From: an uncultured Bacteroides sp.
GTDB lineage: Bacteria > Bacteroidota > Bacteroidia > Bacteroidales > GCA-2748055
Assembly: GCA_964467775.1 (NCBI GenBank)
Contig: CAYXUD010000008.1
Coordinates: 20,951-84,950, forward strand
Length of the DNA: 64,000 nt
Direction of reading: 5' to 3'
The notes beneath the pieces are model-generated. The model saw nothing but the letters and a program-made list of their open reading frames with translations. It ran no database searches and was not told the DNA's origin. The translations under genes were made by a program, and so were the position numbers. This document shows, in pieces, positions 54,407-63,317 of this stretch (positions within the stretch are counted from its first letter, which is position 1; the number at the start of each line of letters is the position of its first letter).

Positions 54407-54847
54407 ATGACTGCTGCGAATTTCTTTTCCAGGGAGGAGAAAGAGGGGATCAAAGCCGCGGTGAAGGAGGCAGAGTCCAACACCTCAGGGGAGATCAGGG
54501 TCCACATCGACAACCGCTGCAGGGAGGATGTGCTCGACCGGGCTGCCTGGTGGTTTTCCCGGCTGGAGATGCACAGGACAGAGAAGCGCAACGGGGTGCT
54601 CTTCTACCTGGCGGTGAAGGACCGCAAGTTTGCGATCCTGGGGGATGCGGGGATCAACGCCGCAACCCCGGAGGATTTCTGGGATACCATCAGGGAGAAG
54701 ATGCTGTCCCGTTTCAGGGAGGGAGCATTTGCGGAAGGCCTCAGCATGGGGATCCGGATGGCAGGCGAGGCCCTCAAAGCCTACTTCCCTCACCAGGATG
54801 ATGATGTGAACGAGCTGCCTGACGAAATTTCATTCGGAGAATCATGA
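54407..54847 (+). CDS. TPM-domain protein
   Basis: 146 aa. Block SGEIRVHI...NGVLFYLAVKDRKFAILGD. It follows lemA. Confidence 0.75.
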   Translation: MTAANFFSREEKEGIKAAVKEAESNTSGEIRVHIDNRCREDVLDRAAWWFSRLEMHRTEKRNGVLFYLAVKDRKFAILGDAGINAATPEDFWDTIREKMLSRFREGAFAEGLSMGIRMAGEALKAYFPHQDDDVNELPDEISFGES

Positions 54848-55620
54848 AAAAAAGAACTGCCCACCTCTCCCTCTCGCTGCTCCTGATTCTCACCTTTCCG
54901 GGCATGGCCCAGGAGAGTCTGCCCGTCCCGGATGCGCCCGGATCGTGGGTGAACGACTACGCCGGAGTGTTCAGCCAGGCCGAGGCGGCACATCTCGACC
55001 AGAAACTGAATGAACTGGAATACAGGACCTCCACCCAGATATTTGTGGTGACCGTTGATGACAATGACGGGATCCCCGCATCGATGCTGGCCCCCATGAT
55101 CGGGGAAGCATGGGGTATAGGCCAGAAAGGGAAGGATAACGGATTGCTGGTGCTGGTTGACATGCAGGAAAGGGATGTATTCATATCCACAGGCTACGGA
55201 GTGGAGGAGTATGTCCCCGATGCCATCGCCAAGCGGATCGTCGAACATGAGATCATCCCCCGCTTCAAAGCGGGTGAATTTTATGGCGGGATCGATGCGG
55301 CCACTGATGTGCTGATTTCCCTCCTTGAAGGGAAGTTCACTCCCGATCAGTACCGCAAACAGACCACCTCCCGGGGGGGGTCCATCGGAGGTTTGATCTT
55401 CATGATCATCCTGCTCTCCCTGATCTTCGGCGGCCGGAGAAGAAGTGCCGGTATCGGCAGGAGCAACCTGCCGTTCTGGATTGCGCTGGGAATGCTCTCG
55501 GGGGGGCGGCATTCAGGCAACTGGGGGAATTTCTCCTCCGGCAGCGGGGGATTCGGCGGAGGCTTCGGCGGCGGTGGGGGCGGCTCCTTCGGCGGCGGCG
55601 GTGCGGGCGGCAGCTGGTAA
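54844..55620 (+). CDS. TPM-domain protein (YgcG-like) with TM helix and Gly-rich tail
   Basis: 258 aa with a signal peptide. TPM block TSTQIFVVTVDD...NGLLVLVDMQERDVFISTGYG and C-terminal GGFGGGFGGGGGGSFGGGGAGGSW. Confidence 0.75.
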   Translation: MKKRTAHLSLSLLLILTFPGMAQESLPVPDAPGSWVNDYAGVFSQAEAAHLDQKLNELEYRTSTQIFVVTVDDNDGIPASMLAPMIGEAWGIGQKGKDNGLLVLVDMQERDVFISTGYGVEEYVPDAIAKRIVEHEIIPRFKAGEFYGGIDAATDVLISLLEGKFTPDQYRKQTTSRGGSIGGLIFMIILLSLIFGGRRRSAGIGRSNLPFWIALGMLSGGRHSGNWGNFSSGSGGFGGGFGGGGGGSFGGGGAGGSW

Positions 55621-55652
55621 AAAGTGCTATATTTGGATCACAATCTTTGCCC

Positions 55653-56735
55653 ATGATCCGGATCCGACTTGCGATTCTTCTTCTTAACATCCTCCTGCTG
55701 GCCAACGCCCAGGAAAAAAGACTGAAGCTTGTTTTCACAGGCGATATCATGGGACACGACACCCAGATCGCCTCAGCACTGGCCACCGGCTCACCCGGGT
55801 ATGACTATCGCCCCTGTTTCCGTTACCTGGCCCCCTACCTGGCCGGTGCCGGCCTGGTCATTGGCAACCTGGAGGTTACCCTGGCAGGCCCCCCGTACAA
55901 AGGATACCCGCAATTCTCCAGCCCCGATGAGCTGGCCGACGCACTCAGGGAGGCAGGGTTTGACATCCTGGTCACTGCCAACAACCATGCACTGGACCGC
56001 GGCGCAGCCGGACTGGAAAGGACCCTCCGGCAGCTCGATTCAAGGGGGATCCTCCATACGGGCACCTTCACAGGTGCAGGTTCGCGCGCACGTTACTATC
56101 CACTCCTGGTGGAAAAGAGGGGGATCAGGATCGCACTGCTCAACTACACCTATGGCACCAACGGGCTGAAGGAGGAGCCTCCCTCGGTGATCAACCGCAT
56201 CGACCGTTCTGTGATGCTGGCAGACCTGCAGAAAGCAGCCTCGGCAGAACCCGATTTCATCATTGTGGCCATGCACTGGGGAGAGGAGTATGAACTGACC
56301 GAGAATGAGGCACAAAGGGAACTGGCCGGATTCCTGTTCGGGAACGGGGCGGATCTCATTGTGGGTTCCCATCCCCATGTGGTTCAACCCATCCGTGGCA
56401 CCGGGAAGGGGACCCTGGTGGCCTACTCGGTGGGAAACCTGATCTCCAACCAGCGTGACCGTTACAGGGACGGGGGCATTGCATTGGAGATTGAGCTTGT
56501 CAAGACCGGCACCGGTACAGAGGTGGCCAGCCATGCATTCCTGCCCCTGTGGGTCTATAAGCCCCAGACGGAGAAAGGCACCCTGTTCACCCTGGTGCCT
56601 GCCTCTGCCCCTCCTTCCACCATCAGCCAACACCCCATGACAGTGGAGGATCTGACCCGGATGAAGCAATTTTTTGAAGATACCCGCTCGAAACTGGAGG
56701 GGGTCAGGGAAGTGGACCCGGCCTGGATGAAGTGA
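55653..56735 (+). CDS. CapA-family (PGA_cap) metallophosphatase-like protein
   Basis: Track TTG start at 55647; first ATG at 55653 (MIRIRLAILLLNILLLANA). Blocks FTGDIMGHD, GNLE, TANNHALD and GSHPHVVQP. Confidence 0.8.
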   Translation: MIRIRLAILLLNILLLANAQEKRLKLVFTGDIMGHDTQIASALATGSPGYDYRPCFRYLAPYLAGAGLVIGNLEVTLAGPPYKGYPQFSSPDELADALREAGFDILVTANNHALDRGAAGLERTLRQLDSRGILHTGTFTGAGSRARYYPLLVEKRGIRIALLNYTYGTNGLKEEPPSVINRIDRSVMLADLQKAASAEPDFIIVAMHWGEEYELTENEAQRELAGFLFGNGADLIVGSHPHVVQPIRGTGKGTLVAYSVGNLISNQRDRYRDGGIALEIELVKTGTGTEVASHAFLPLWVYKPQTEKGTLFTLVPASAPPSTISQHPMTVEDLTRMKQFFEDTRSKLEGVREVDPAWMK

Positions 56736-56757
56736 ACATCCCTCACTGGCTGGCCGG

Positions 56758-57525
56758 TCAGGCCTTTTCTTCGCTCACGTTGGAATCCACCAGGATCCGC
56801 CCGCAGTATTCACAGACAATGATCTTCTTACGGGAGGCGATATCCAGCTGGCGCTGGGGGGGGATCTTGTTGAAGCAGCCACCGCATGCATCACGCTCCA
56901 CAGGTACCACGGCAAGACCATTCCGGGCATTCGCCCTGATCTTCCTGTAGGCGGTGATCAGCCTGGATTCAATGATCCCTTCCAGTTCTTCCGATTTTCT
57001 GACAAGAACCTCCTCCTCTTTCCTGGTCTCGGCGATAATATCCTCCAGCTCCTTCTTCTTGTTCTCCAGGTCCAGTTTCCGCTCATCGAGCACTCCGGTG
57101 GACTCATTGATCACCACCTTTTTTTCCTCGATCTGGCTTGTGAACTCACGGATCCTCTTCTCACAGAGCTCGATCTCCAGGGTCTGGAATTCTATCTCCT
57201 TCGACAGCGAATCGTATTCCCGGTTATTCCTCACGTTGTTCTGCTGCTCCTCATATTTCTTGATGAGGTCCTGGGCATTCTGGATCTCCTGCTTCTTTCC
57301 GTTGATCGACTTCTCCAGGCTCTCAATATCCTCGTTATACTTAGAAACCCTGGTCTGCAGCCCCTCGATCTCATCTTCCAGGTCCTGCACTTCCAGGGGA
57401 AGCTCTCCGCGCAGGATCTTTATCTTATCAATGGCAGTATCCACCATCTGCTTGTCGTAGAGTGCTTTCAGTTTCTCGGCAACAGTCATTTCGGCAACAT
57501 CTGCACTTTTGTTCGCTTTGGCCAT
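56758..57525 (-). CDS. coiled-coil protein with C4 zinc ribbon (COG1579-type)
   Basis: 255 aa. A long heptad-repeat region, then CGGC...CEYCGRIL. Classic partner of the NIF3 gene immediately upstream in the same orientation. Confidence 0.8.
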   Translation of the reverse strand: MAKANKSADVAEMTVAEKLKALYDKQMVDTAIDKIKILRGELPLEVQDLEDEIEGLQTRVSKYNEDIESLEKSINGKKQEIQNAQDLIKKYEEQQNNVRNNREYDSLSKEIEFQTLEIELCEKRIREFTSQIEEKKVVINESTGVLDERKLDLENKKKELEDIIAETRKEEEVLVRKSEELEGIIESRLITAYRKIRANARNGLAVVPVERDACGGCFNKIPPQRQLDIASRKKIIVCEYCGRILVDSNVSEEKA

Positions 57526-57542
57526 GTATTACATCTATTATA

Positions 57543-58640
57543 TTAATAGTATTTGATCGGATTTGTGTCTGTTTCTGATAAACGGATTGCAAATTTAGGG
57601 AATTTTTTCATAAGTAGTTCATAAAAGAGTTCCCGGGTAAACTGTTCACTTTCAAAATGCCCGATATCCATGACCACGATCCTGCCTTCGGCATCAAAGA
57701 ACTGGTGGTATTTGAACTCCCCGGTAATAAAAACCTCCGCCCCGCAGCTGATCGCCTTGCCCAGCAGGAAGCTGCCGGCTCCTCCGCAAAGAGCCACCCT
57801 CTTCACCAGCCTCCCCAGCAGCGCCGAGTGCCTGATCATGGCCACCCCGAACCGCTTTTTCACGAAATCCAGAAAAGCCTCCTCCTCCATGGGATCCTCC
57901 AGGTCACCTACCATGCCCGGGCCCGCAGACATCCATTCATTCTCAAGCGGATAGAGATCATAGGCCACCTCCTCGTAGGGGTGCGCCTTGATCATGGCCC
58001 TCACCACGCTCTCCAGCAGGTGTGCCGGCACAATGGTCTCCACCCTTGTCTCAGGCTCCAGGTGCAGCTTCCCGGGTTCCCCCACAAAAGGGCCGGTTCC
58101 CTCCGAACCCCTGAATGTCCCTCTCCCCTCCAGGTTGAAGCTGCAACTGTCGTACGCACCGATATGACCCGCCCCTGCTTCAAACATGGCCAGCCGCACC
58201 CCTTCTGCATGCTGGTGGGGTACAAATACCGCCAGTTTCCTGAGCCTGCCTTTCGCCGGATCCAGGATCCGCTGGTTCATTAATCCCAGCCGGTTTGCCA
58301 TGGCTGTGTTCACCCCGCCCCGGATGGCATCAAAATTTGTGTGGCCGCTGTAAACAGCAATTCCCTCCCGGATGGCTTTTGTCACGATCCGCTCGGGAGC
58401 ACTCCGTGGGGTGAGCGATTTCAGTCCCCCGAAGATTACTGGGTGGTGGGAAACCACCAGGTTGAAACCGAGTCGCGCTGCCTCCCCGATCACCTGTTCG
58501 GTCACATCCAGGGTGACCAGGATCCCCGTGATCTCCATCTCCGGGTCCCCGACCTGCAGGCCGGAATTATCATAGGACTCCTGGAATGAAAGCGGGGCCA
58601 GGCATTCCAGGGTCCTGGCAATCTCCTTAAGCTGTATCAT
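57543..58640 (-). CDS. Nif3-like dinuclear metal center protein
   Basis: Track GTG start at 58664; trimmed to the ATG at 58640 (MIQLKEIARTLECLAPLSFQESYDNSGLQVG). It has the HHP and GHFESE blocks. Confidence 0.85.
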   Translation of the reverse strand: MIQLKEIARTLECLAPLSFQESYDNSGLQVGDPEMEITGILVTLDVTEQVIGEAARLGFNLVVSHHPVIFGGLKSLTPRSAPERIVTKAIREGIAVYSGHTNFDAIRGGVNTAMANRLGLMNQRILDPAKGRLRKLAVFVPHQHAEGVRLAMFEAGAGHIGAYDSCSFNLEGRGTFRGSEGTGPFVGEPGKLHLEPETRVETIVPAHLLESVVRAMIKAHPYEEVAYDLYPLENEWMSAGPGMVGDLEDPMEEEAFLDFVKKRFGVAMIRHSALLGRLVKRVALCGGAGSFLLGKAISCGAEVFITGEFKYHQFFDAEGRIVVMDIGHFESEQFTRELFYELLMKKFPKFAIRLSETDTNPIKYY

Positions 58641-58674
58641 GGTTCCAGGTTTGATCCCCGGCACAGGCCTGTAG

Positions 58675-59010
58675 TCAGAGGCTCTCCCTCACTTCCAGCA
58701 GCATCTCCTTGATGTTCTCCAGGGATTTGATGATCTCAAAATTGTGTTCTGTGTCCTCCTTGTTCTCCTTCATCTTCATTTTTGCCCCCTTGAGGGTCAT
58801 CCCCCTCTTCTTCACCAGATGGTAAATAATGTGGAAATTGTCAATATCTTTCTGGGTAAAGAGCCGGTTTCCCTTTTTGTTCTTCTTCGGCCTGATCATG
58901 TCAAATTCCTTCTCCCAGAACCGGATCAGTGAGGTGTTCACGTTAAACATCGCAGCCACCTCCCCGATGGAGTAGTAGAGTTTCTCAACTTTTGTTTCCT
59001 TGTAGGGCAT
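58675..59010 (-). CDS. MerR-family transcriptional regulator
   Basis: Trimmed to MPYKETKVEKLYYSIGEVAAMFNVNTSLIRFWEKEF (MerR HTH). Confidence 0.8.
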   Translation of the reverse strand: MPYKETKVEKLYYSIGEVAAMFNVNTSLIRFWEKEFDMIRPKKNKKGNRLFTQKDIDNFHIIYHLVKKRGMTLKGAKMKMKENKEDTEHNFEIIKSLENIKEMLLEVRESL

Positions 59011-59079
59011 GCCGCACGGGTTTTCAGAAAAGATGATCCAATTTATAAAAAACGCACCAGAAATCAAATCCCCGGTTCA

Positions 59080-60156
59080 TCACTTCCGGTGCAAGGTGCC
59101 GTCGGCACCGATCACAAGATCCTGGTCCGGGAAATCTGCCCCGGTCAGCTCAATCAGTTTATACAGCGCCCTCTTCCCCGGATCCGGCCTCGGGCCTCCT
59201 TCCCCGGGCTGGTAGATGGCGGTCACCTCCCCGGACAGGAACCTTCCTTCCGGATCTATGTAAACCTTCACGATGGGTGCAATACCATTGGGCCCGCCCA
59301 GGTTAAACCGCCTGTAGGTGGCAAAATTCCCCAGGCTGTAACAGATAAGGCGGTCCCGGTAAAGTTCCACGGCCCTGGTCACATGGGGCCCGTGCCCGAA
59401 TACCACATCGGCCCCGGCATCCACCACTTCGTGGGCGAAACGGTAAACACTGCCCCGGTTATCACCCAGGTACTCCTCATCTCCCCGGACCACATGCTGG
59501 TGATCCTTTCCCTCTCCCCCGCCGTGAAAGGAGATGATCACCACATCGGCCAGCGAATCGAGCATCCGGGTGATCCCGGCCGCCCCCCTGTAATCCTTCA
59601 GGTCCATGGTTCCCTTGTTGGGGGCAAAAGCAGCAAATCCATAGGTTATCCCCCCCCTCTCAAAGATGGTCCAGGGGTGGGTTGTAAATCCGGCATAGGC
59701 GATCCCCACGGAATCGAGCAATGCTGCGGTGGAGGCTCTTCCCTCGGGACCAAAATCATTGACATGGTTGTTGGCCACGCTCAGCACGTCATATCCGGCC
59801 TCGAGCAGGCATCCGGCAAAATGATCGGGCATCCGGAAGACGTAACACAGGGTGGTGTCCCTGCAGCTCTTGGGGGTCCCCCCCTCCCTGCAGAACACCC
59901 CCTCCAGGTTACCGAACAGCACATCCCCCGACTGCAGGATGTGATGAACGGGCCTGAGCAGGGGGGAACACTCCCCACCGGGCGGCAGGTAGGCCGGTGA
60001 AGGGTAGTTGGTCCCGAGCATGATATCCCCGGTCCCGATGATAGAGATCGTGTCCCTCCCCGGACGGCCGGAAGATCCCTGCACCCCTCTCCCGGGGTCC
60101 CGGGCATCCAGTACCAGCGAAAGGAAAAACAGGAAAACAGCAGCCGCCCCTCTCAT
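59080..60156 (-). CDS. CapA-family (PGA_cap) metallophosphatase-like protein, second paralog
   Basis: 358 aa with a signal peptide. Blocks GTGDIMLG, GNLEG, VANNHVND and FGHGPHVTR. Confidence 0.8.
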   Translation of the reverse strand: MRGAAAVFLFFLSLVLDARDPGRGVQGSSGRPGRDTISIIGTGDIMLGTNYPSPAYLPPGGECSPLLRPVHHILQSGDVLFGNLEGVFCREGGTPKSCRDTTLCYVFRMPDHFAGCLLEAGYDVLSVANNHVNDFGPEGRASTAALLDSVGIAYAGFTTHPWTIFERGGITYGFAAFAPNKGTMDLKDYRGAAGITRMLDSLADVVIISFHGGGEGKDHQHVVRGDEEYLGDNRGSVYRFAHEVVDAGADVVFGHGPHVTRAVELYRDRLICYSLGNFATYRRFNLGGPNGIAPIVKVYIDPEGRFLSGEVTAIYQPGEGGPRPDPGKRALYKLIELTGADFPDQDLVIGADGTLHRK

Positions 60157-60171
60157 GCCCGGTGATCAGAA

Positions 60172-61143
60172 TCAGTTTATATCGAAGGATGGATCGGCAT
60201 TGGAGAGCATTTCGATCATCCGGTCATACTCCTCCTTCGAAAGGTCGTTGGCGTAATAGTTGATGGGGTCCACCGGGCGGCCGTTCACGTGGACCTCATA
60301 GTGAAGGTGAGGGAATTTTGAAAGCCCTGTGCTTCCCACCAGCCCTATCACTTCACCCCTCTTCACCTCCTGTCCCGGGACCACAAGCACCTCATCGCAA
60401 TGGCCGTAGAGGGTATTGTATCCATATCCATGGTCCAGCAGGATCTTCTTTCCGAACCCGCCGGCCCTGTAACCCGCCTGGAGCACCCTGCCATCTGCAG
60501 TGGCATAAATGGGAGTACCCCTGGGGGCGGTCAGGTCGATCCCTTCATGGGGCCTGATCACATTCAGAATGGGATGGAGGCGGAGCCCGAAGGAAGAGCC
60601 GAAGCGGGTAAGGTCCTTCATGCTGATAGGTTGTATGGCAGGCCGGGCAGCCAGCCTCTCCTCCTTGGTCGCGGCCATCTCAATGACCTCGTCAAAGGAG
60701 GTGGACTGGACCACAATCTCCCTTTCGATCTGGTCTATCTTGTGGTTGGTCCTGATCAGCAGGCCTGCATACTTGTACTCCTGCAGGTATGTGTATTTTT
60801 CGGATCCCCCGACACCGGCCCTTCTCAGGGTTGCCGGCCAGGGATCCTGTTCAAAGTAGACCCGGTAGATATGGTCATCGTTATAGGCCACATTCCGCAG
60901 CATCTCCTCATACTGGTCCATGTCCCGGTTCAGCAGTTCCATCTCATAGGTGATCTGCTGCTGTTCCACCACCAGCTTCTCTGCACGGGGTGATACCTGG
61001 TGCCTGTCCCGGATGAGCAGGATCCCGGAGGAGAGGAAAAGTGTCAGCCCTGTAAAAAGCAGGAACCGGAACAACTTTTGTCTCCCGGTTGCCGTAATTC
61101 TCTGGTACGAAAGGGTCTCAGGGTTAAATCTAAACCGTTCCAT
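60172..61143 (-). CDS. M23-family metallopeptidase (membrane-anchored), paralog A
   Basis: Track TTG start at 61170; trimmed to MERFRFNPETLSY. TM helix and coiled coil, with M23 motifs HEGIDL and PHLHYEVH. Confidence 0.85.
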   Translation of the reverse strand: MERFRFNPETLSYQRITATGRQKLFRFLLFTGLTLFLSSGILLIRDRHQVSPRAEKLVVEQQQITYEMELLNRDMDQYEEMLRNVAYNDDHIYRVYFEQDPWPATLRRAGVGGSEKYTYLQEYKYAGLLIRTNHKIDQIEREIVVQSTSFDEVIEMAATKEERLAARPAIQPISMKDLTRFGSSFGLRLHPILNVIRPHEGIDLTAPRGTPIYATADGRVLQAGYRAGGFGKKILLDHGYGYNTLYGHCDEVLVVPGQEVKRGEVIGLVGSTGLSKFPHLHYEVHVNGRPVDPINYYANDLSKEEYDRMIEMLSNADPSFDIN

Positions 61144-61170
61144 TCTCCTGCAATATACAAAAAAGTGCAA

Positions 61171-62133
61171 TTAATCAAAAGATTGGCCCGACATCATGGA
61201 GATCAGGATCAGCTGGTCATATTGAAGAGGGGTGATTTCCAGGAAGAAATAGTTGATGGGATTCACCGGCTCGCCATTCAGGTGCACTTCGTAGTGCAGG
61301 TGCGGCGCCACACTGAGGCCCGAATCGCCGACCGTTCCGATCACTTCGCCCCGTTTTACCCGTTGCCCGTACCTCACCCCGATTTCATCCATGCAGGCAT
61401 AGACGGTCTTGTAACCGTACCCGTGATCGATCACCACCCGGTTCCCCAGTCCGCGTCCCGAACGGGTCACACTTTCCACCGTGCCATCTGCGGTAGCCAT
61501 CACAAACGTTCCGATCGGTGCCGAGAAATCGATGCCGGAGTGCATCTTCATGATCTTGTAGATCGGATGGATGCGGTGGCCGAAACCCGATGCGATCAGG
61601 GTCAGGTCCGGGTTCTCGATGGGCTGTATGGCGGGTATGGCCGGCAGCATCTCGGCCCGGCGTTCACCTTTAATCATCAGTATATCGTACATCGAGGCGG
61701 TCTGGCTGTCGTGAAGCATCATCGAATCGGCCTTTCGGGCCGTATAATGGACTATCTCCTCGCTGGAGGTACGCAGCAGGTTCTGGTAGGTGATGCCCGA
61801 ACCGGGGACCAGCTCCGGCTCCACCGGCTCGGTTTCAAAGATCACCCTGTAGATATCCCGGTCAATCTGCTGGATCTCCTGCATCACGGTATCCACCCGC
61901 CGCTTCCTTTCGCTCAGGGCATCGTACTGTTCCCGGAGCATCTCATTCTCCCGCCTGATCTGGCGCTCCCCCGGGGTGTCAAAGAAAAGAGAGTAGACCA
62001 CGTTCAGAAGGATGGCCATGACCAGTAGGACGAACACGTAGATCACCACCCGCCAGATCCTGGCCCTGAGGCTGTTATCCAGCTTATCGTAATGAAGGTC
62101 TTCGGGATTGAATTTGAACTGGGACCGGGGCAT
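61171..62133 (-). CDS. M23-family metallopeptidase (membrane-anchored), paralog B
   Basis: 320 aa. N-terminal FKFNPEDLHY, a TM helix and coiled coil, with motifs HSGIDF and PHLHYEVH. Confidence 0.85.
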   Translation of the reverse strand: MPRSQFKFNPEDLHYDKLDNSLRARIWRVVIYVFVLLVMAILLNVVYSLFFDTPGERQIRRENEMLREQYDALSERKRRVDTVMQEIQQIDRDIYRVIFETEPVEPELVPGSGITYQNLLRTSSEEIVHYTARKADSMMLHDSQTASMYDILMIKGERRAEMLPAIPAIQPIENPDLTLIASGFGHRIHPIYKIMKMHSGIDFSAPIGTFVMATADGTVESVTRSGRGLGNRVVIDHGYGYKTVYACMDEIGVRYGQRVKRGEVIGTVGDSGLSVAPHLHYEVHLNGEPVNPINYFFLEITPLQYDQLILISMMSGQSFD

Positions 62134-62178
62134 CCGAATAGTTTTGAGCTAAAATAGCAAAAACTTCCCGGCCTGAAG

Positions 62179-63180
62179 CTACTCCTGGCTCATTGCACCG
62201 GAGTGGACGGGAATTTCCGGCTGGTTGACCCTGGATGCCAGCAGATTGTATTCCTGTGGTGAAAGGTTTTCGAAGAAGAAATAGAAGGGGTTCACCGAAC
62301 GCCCGTTCTTCCTCACTTCGTAATGCAGGTGCGGTCCTGTGGAACGCCCTGTGCTCCCGAGGGTACCCATCACTTCGCCACGCTTCAGCTGCTGGCCCGG
62401 CCTGACAAGGATCTCCTGCAGGTGCGCATACCTTGTGGTATACCCGAAACCATGGTCCACAATGACCTCCTTTCCGTATCCGTACCTGCTGAACCCGGCA
62501 CTGACCACGGTGCCGTCACCTGTGGAATGTATATTGAGGCCGTAAGGCCCGGCCAGGTCAATGCCATGGTGCGCTGTTCGCCTGTGTGTAAAGGGATCCA
62601 GCCTGTACCCGTAGGTGGAGGTGACCCAGCAGGGATCGGCCGAGGAGATCGGGTTGATGGATGGTCTGCAGGCCAGGAACTGCTTGTTGGTGACTGCCTC
62701 CCTGTAGACCGTTTCAAGGCTGCTCGACTGGATCTGCAGGCGGTTGGAGATCTTATCGATGCGGTTTGAAACATCCGTTATCAGGCCGGGTTCACGGATG
62801 TTGTGAAGCTGCCCGTAGGGTTCAGAACCTCCAGTACCCGCCTCCCGGATGGAGGCCGGCACCGGTTCGAGGTTCAATATCGAACGGTAAAAGCGGTCAT
62901 CCCTGTTCCTCAATTCGGCGAGCTGTGATTCAAAATGCTGCAGGTTTGAGTTCAGCGCAACGTATTCGGACCGGAGCCGGATGTTGTCGTTCTCATAGAT
63001 CAGTTGCCTGGGTGTGGGGTAGTAACGCTCAAATCCGTACCTCATGCCCACCGCAAGGGCGATCAGGCCAAGACCGACTGCCAGGATATAACGGATGCGC
63101 TCTCTCCAGGAGAGCCTCACACGTTCAAAACGAAGTGTTTCAGGGTTAATAAAGTATTTTCGACCAAACAAGTTCATCAT
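62179..63180 (-). CDS. M23-family metallopeptidase (membrane-anchored), paralog C
   Basis: Trimmed to MMNLFGRKYFINPETLRF. TM helix and coiled coil, with motifs HHGIDL and PHLHYEV. Confidence 0.85.
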   Translation of the reverse strand: MMNLFGRKYFINPETLRFERVRLSWRERIRYILAVGLGLIALAVGMRYGFERYYPTPRQLIYENDNIRLRSEYVALNSNLQHFESQLAELRNRDDRFYRSILNLEPVPASIREAGTGGSEPYGQLHNIREPGLITDVSNRIDKISNRLQIQSSSLETVYREAVTNKQFLACRPSINPISSADPCWVTSTYGYRLDPFTHRRTAHHGIDLAGPYGLNIHSTGDGTVVSAGFSRYGYGKEVIVDHGFGYTTRYAHLQEILVRPGQQLKRGEVMGTLGSTGRSTGPHLHYEVRKNGRSVNPFYFFFENLSPQEYNLLASRVNQPEIPVHSGAMSQE

Positions 63181-63237
63181 TCTAAAGGCTAAAAATAAAA
63201 AACCACACTTAATATCCCAACTATTAGTCAAAAAAAT

Positions 63238-63245
63238 TATTTTTG
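63238..63245 (+). promoter_or_regulatory. -7 promoter box TATTTTTG upstream of alaS
   Basis: Exact TAnnTTTG match 73 nt upstream of the alaS ATG. Confidence 0.4.
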
Positions 63246-63264
63246 CACCTCTAAGACATTTTTT

Positions 63265-63297
63265 ACGTAACTTTCATTTCCGGGTTACGTTTTTTTC
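63265..63297 (+). terminator. terminator-like hairpin + T-run inside the alaS 5' leader (possible attenuator)
   Basis: ACGTAAC - 12 nt - GTTACGT followed by TTTTTTTC. It lies between the candidate -7 box and the ATG at 63318. Confidence 0.45.
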
Positions 63298-63317
63298 ACG
63301 CTAATGCATTTTGACGA

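Noticed and set aside
55373-55380. G8 homopolymer in the TPM/YgcG-like gene, and similar G7-G8 or C7-C8 runs near 55500, 56856, 38195, 39147 and 30842, considered as possible slipped-strand phase-variation switches.
   Set aside because: They encode Gly or Pro runs in a GC-rich genome. They are not at 5' ends or promoters, and they occur in housekeeping-type genes. There is no supporting evidence for phase variation.
56954-57460. 168-aa Ser-rich ORF.
   Set aside because: It is antisense to the coiled-coil zinc-ribbon gene. The Ser/Phe/Leu-rich sequence is the mirror of its Glu/Lys/Leu-rich heptads.
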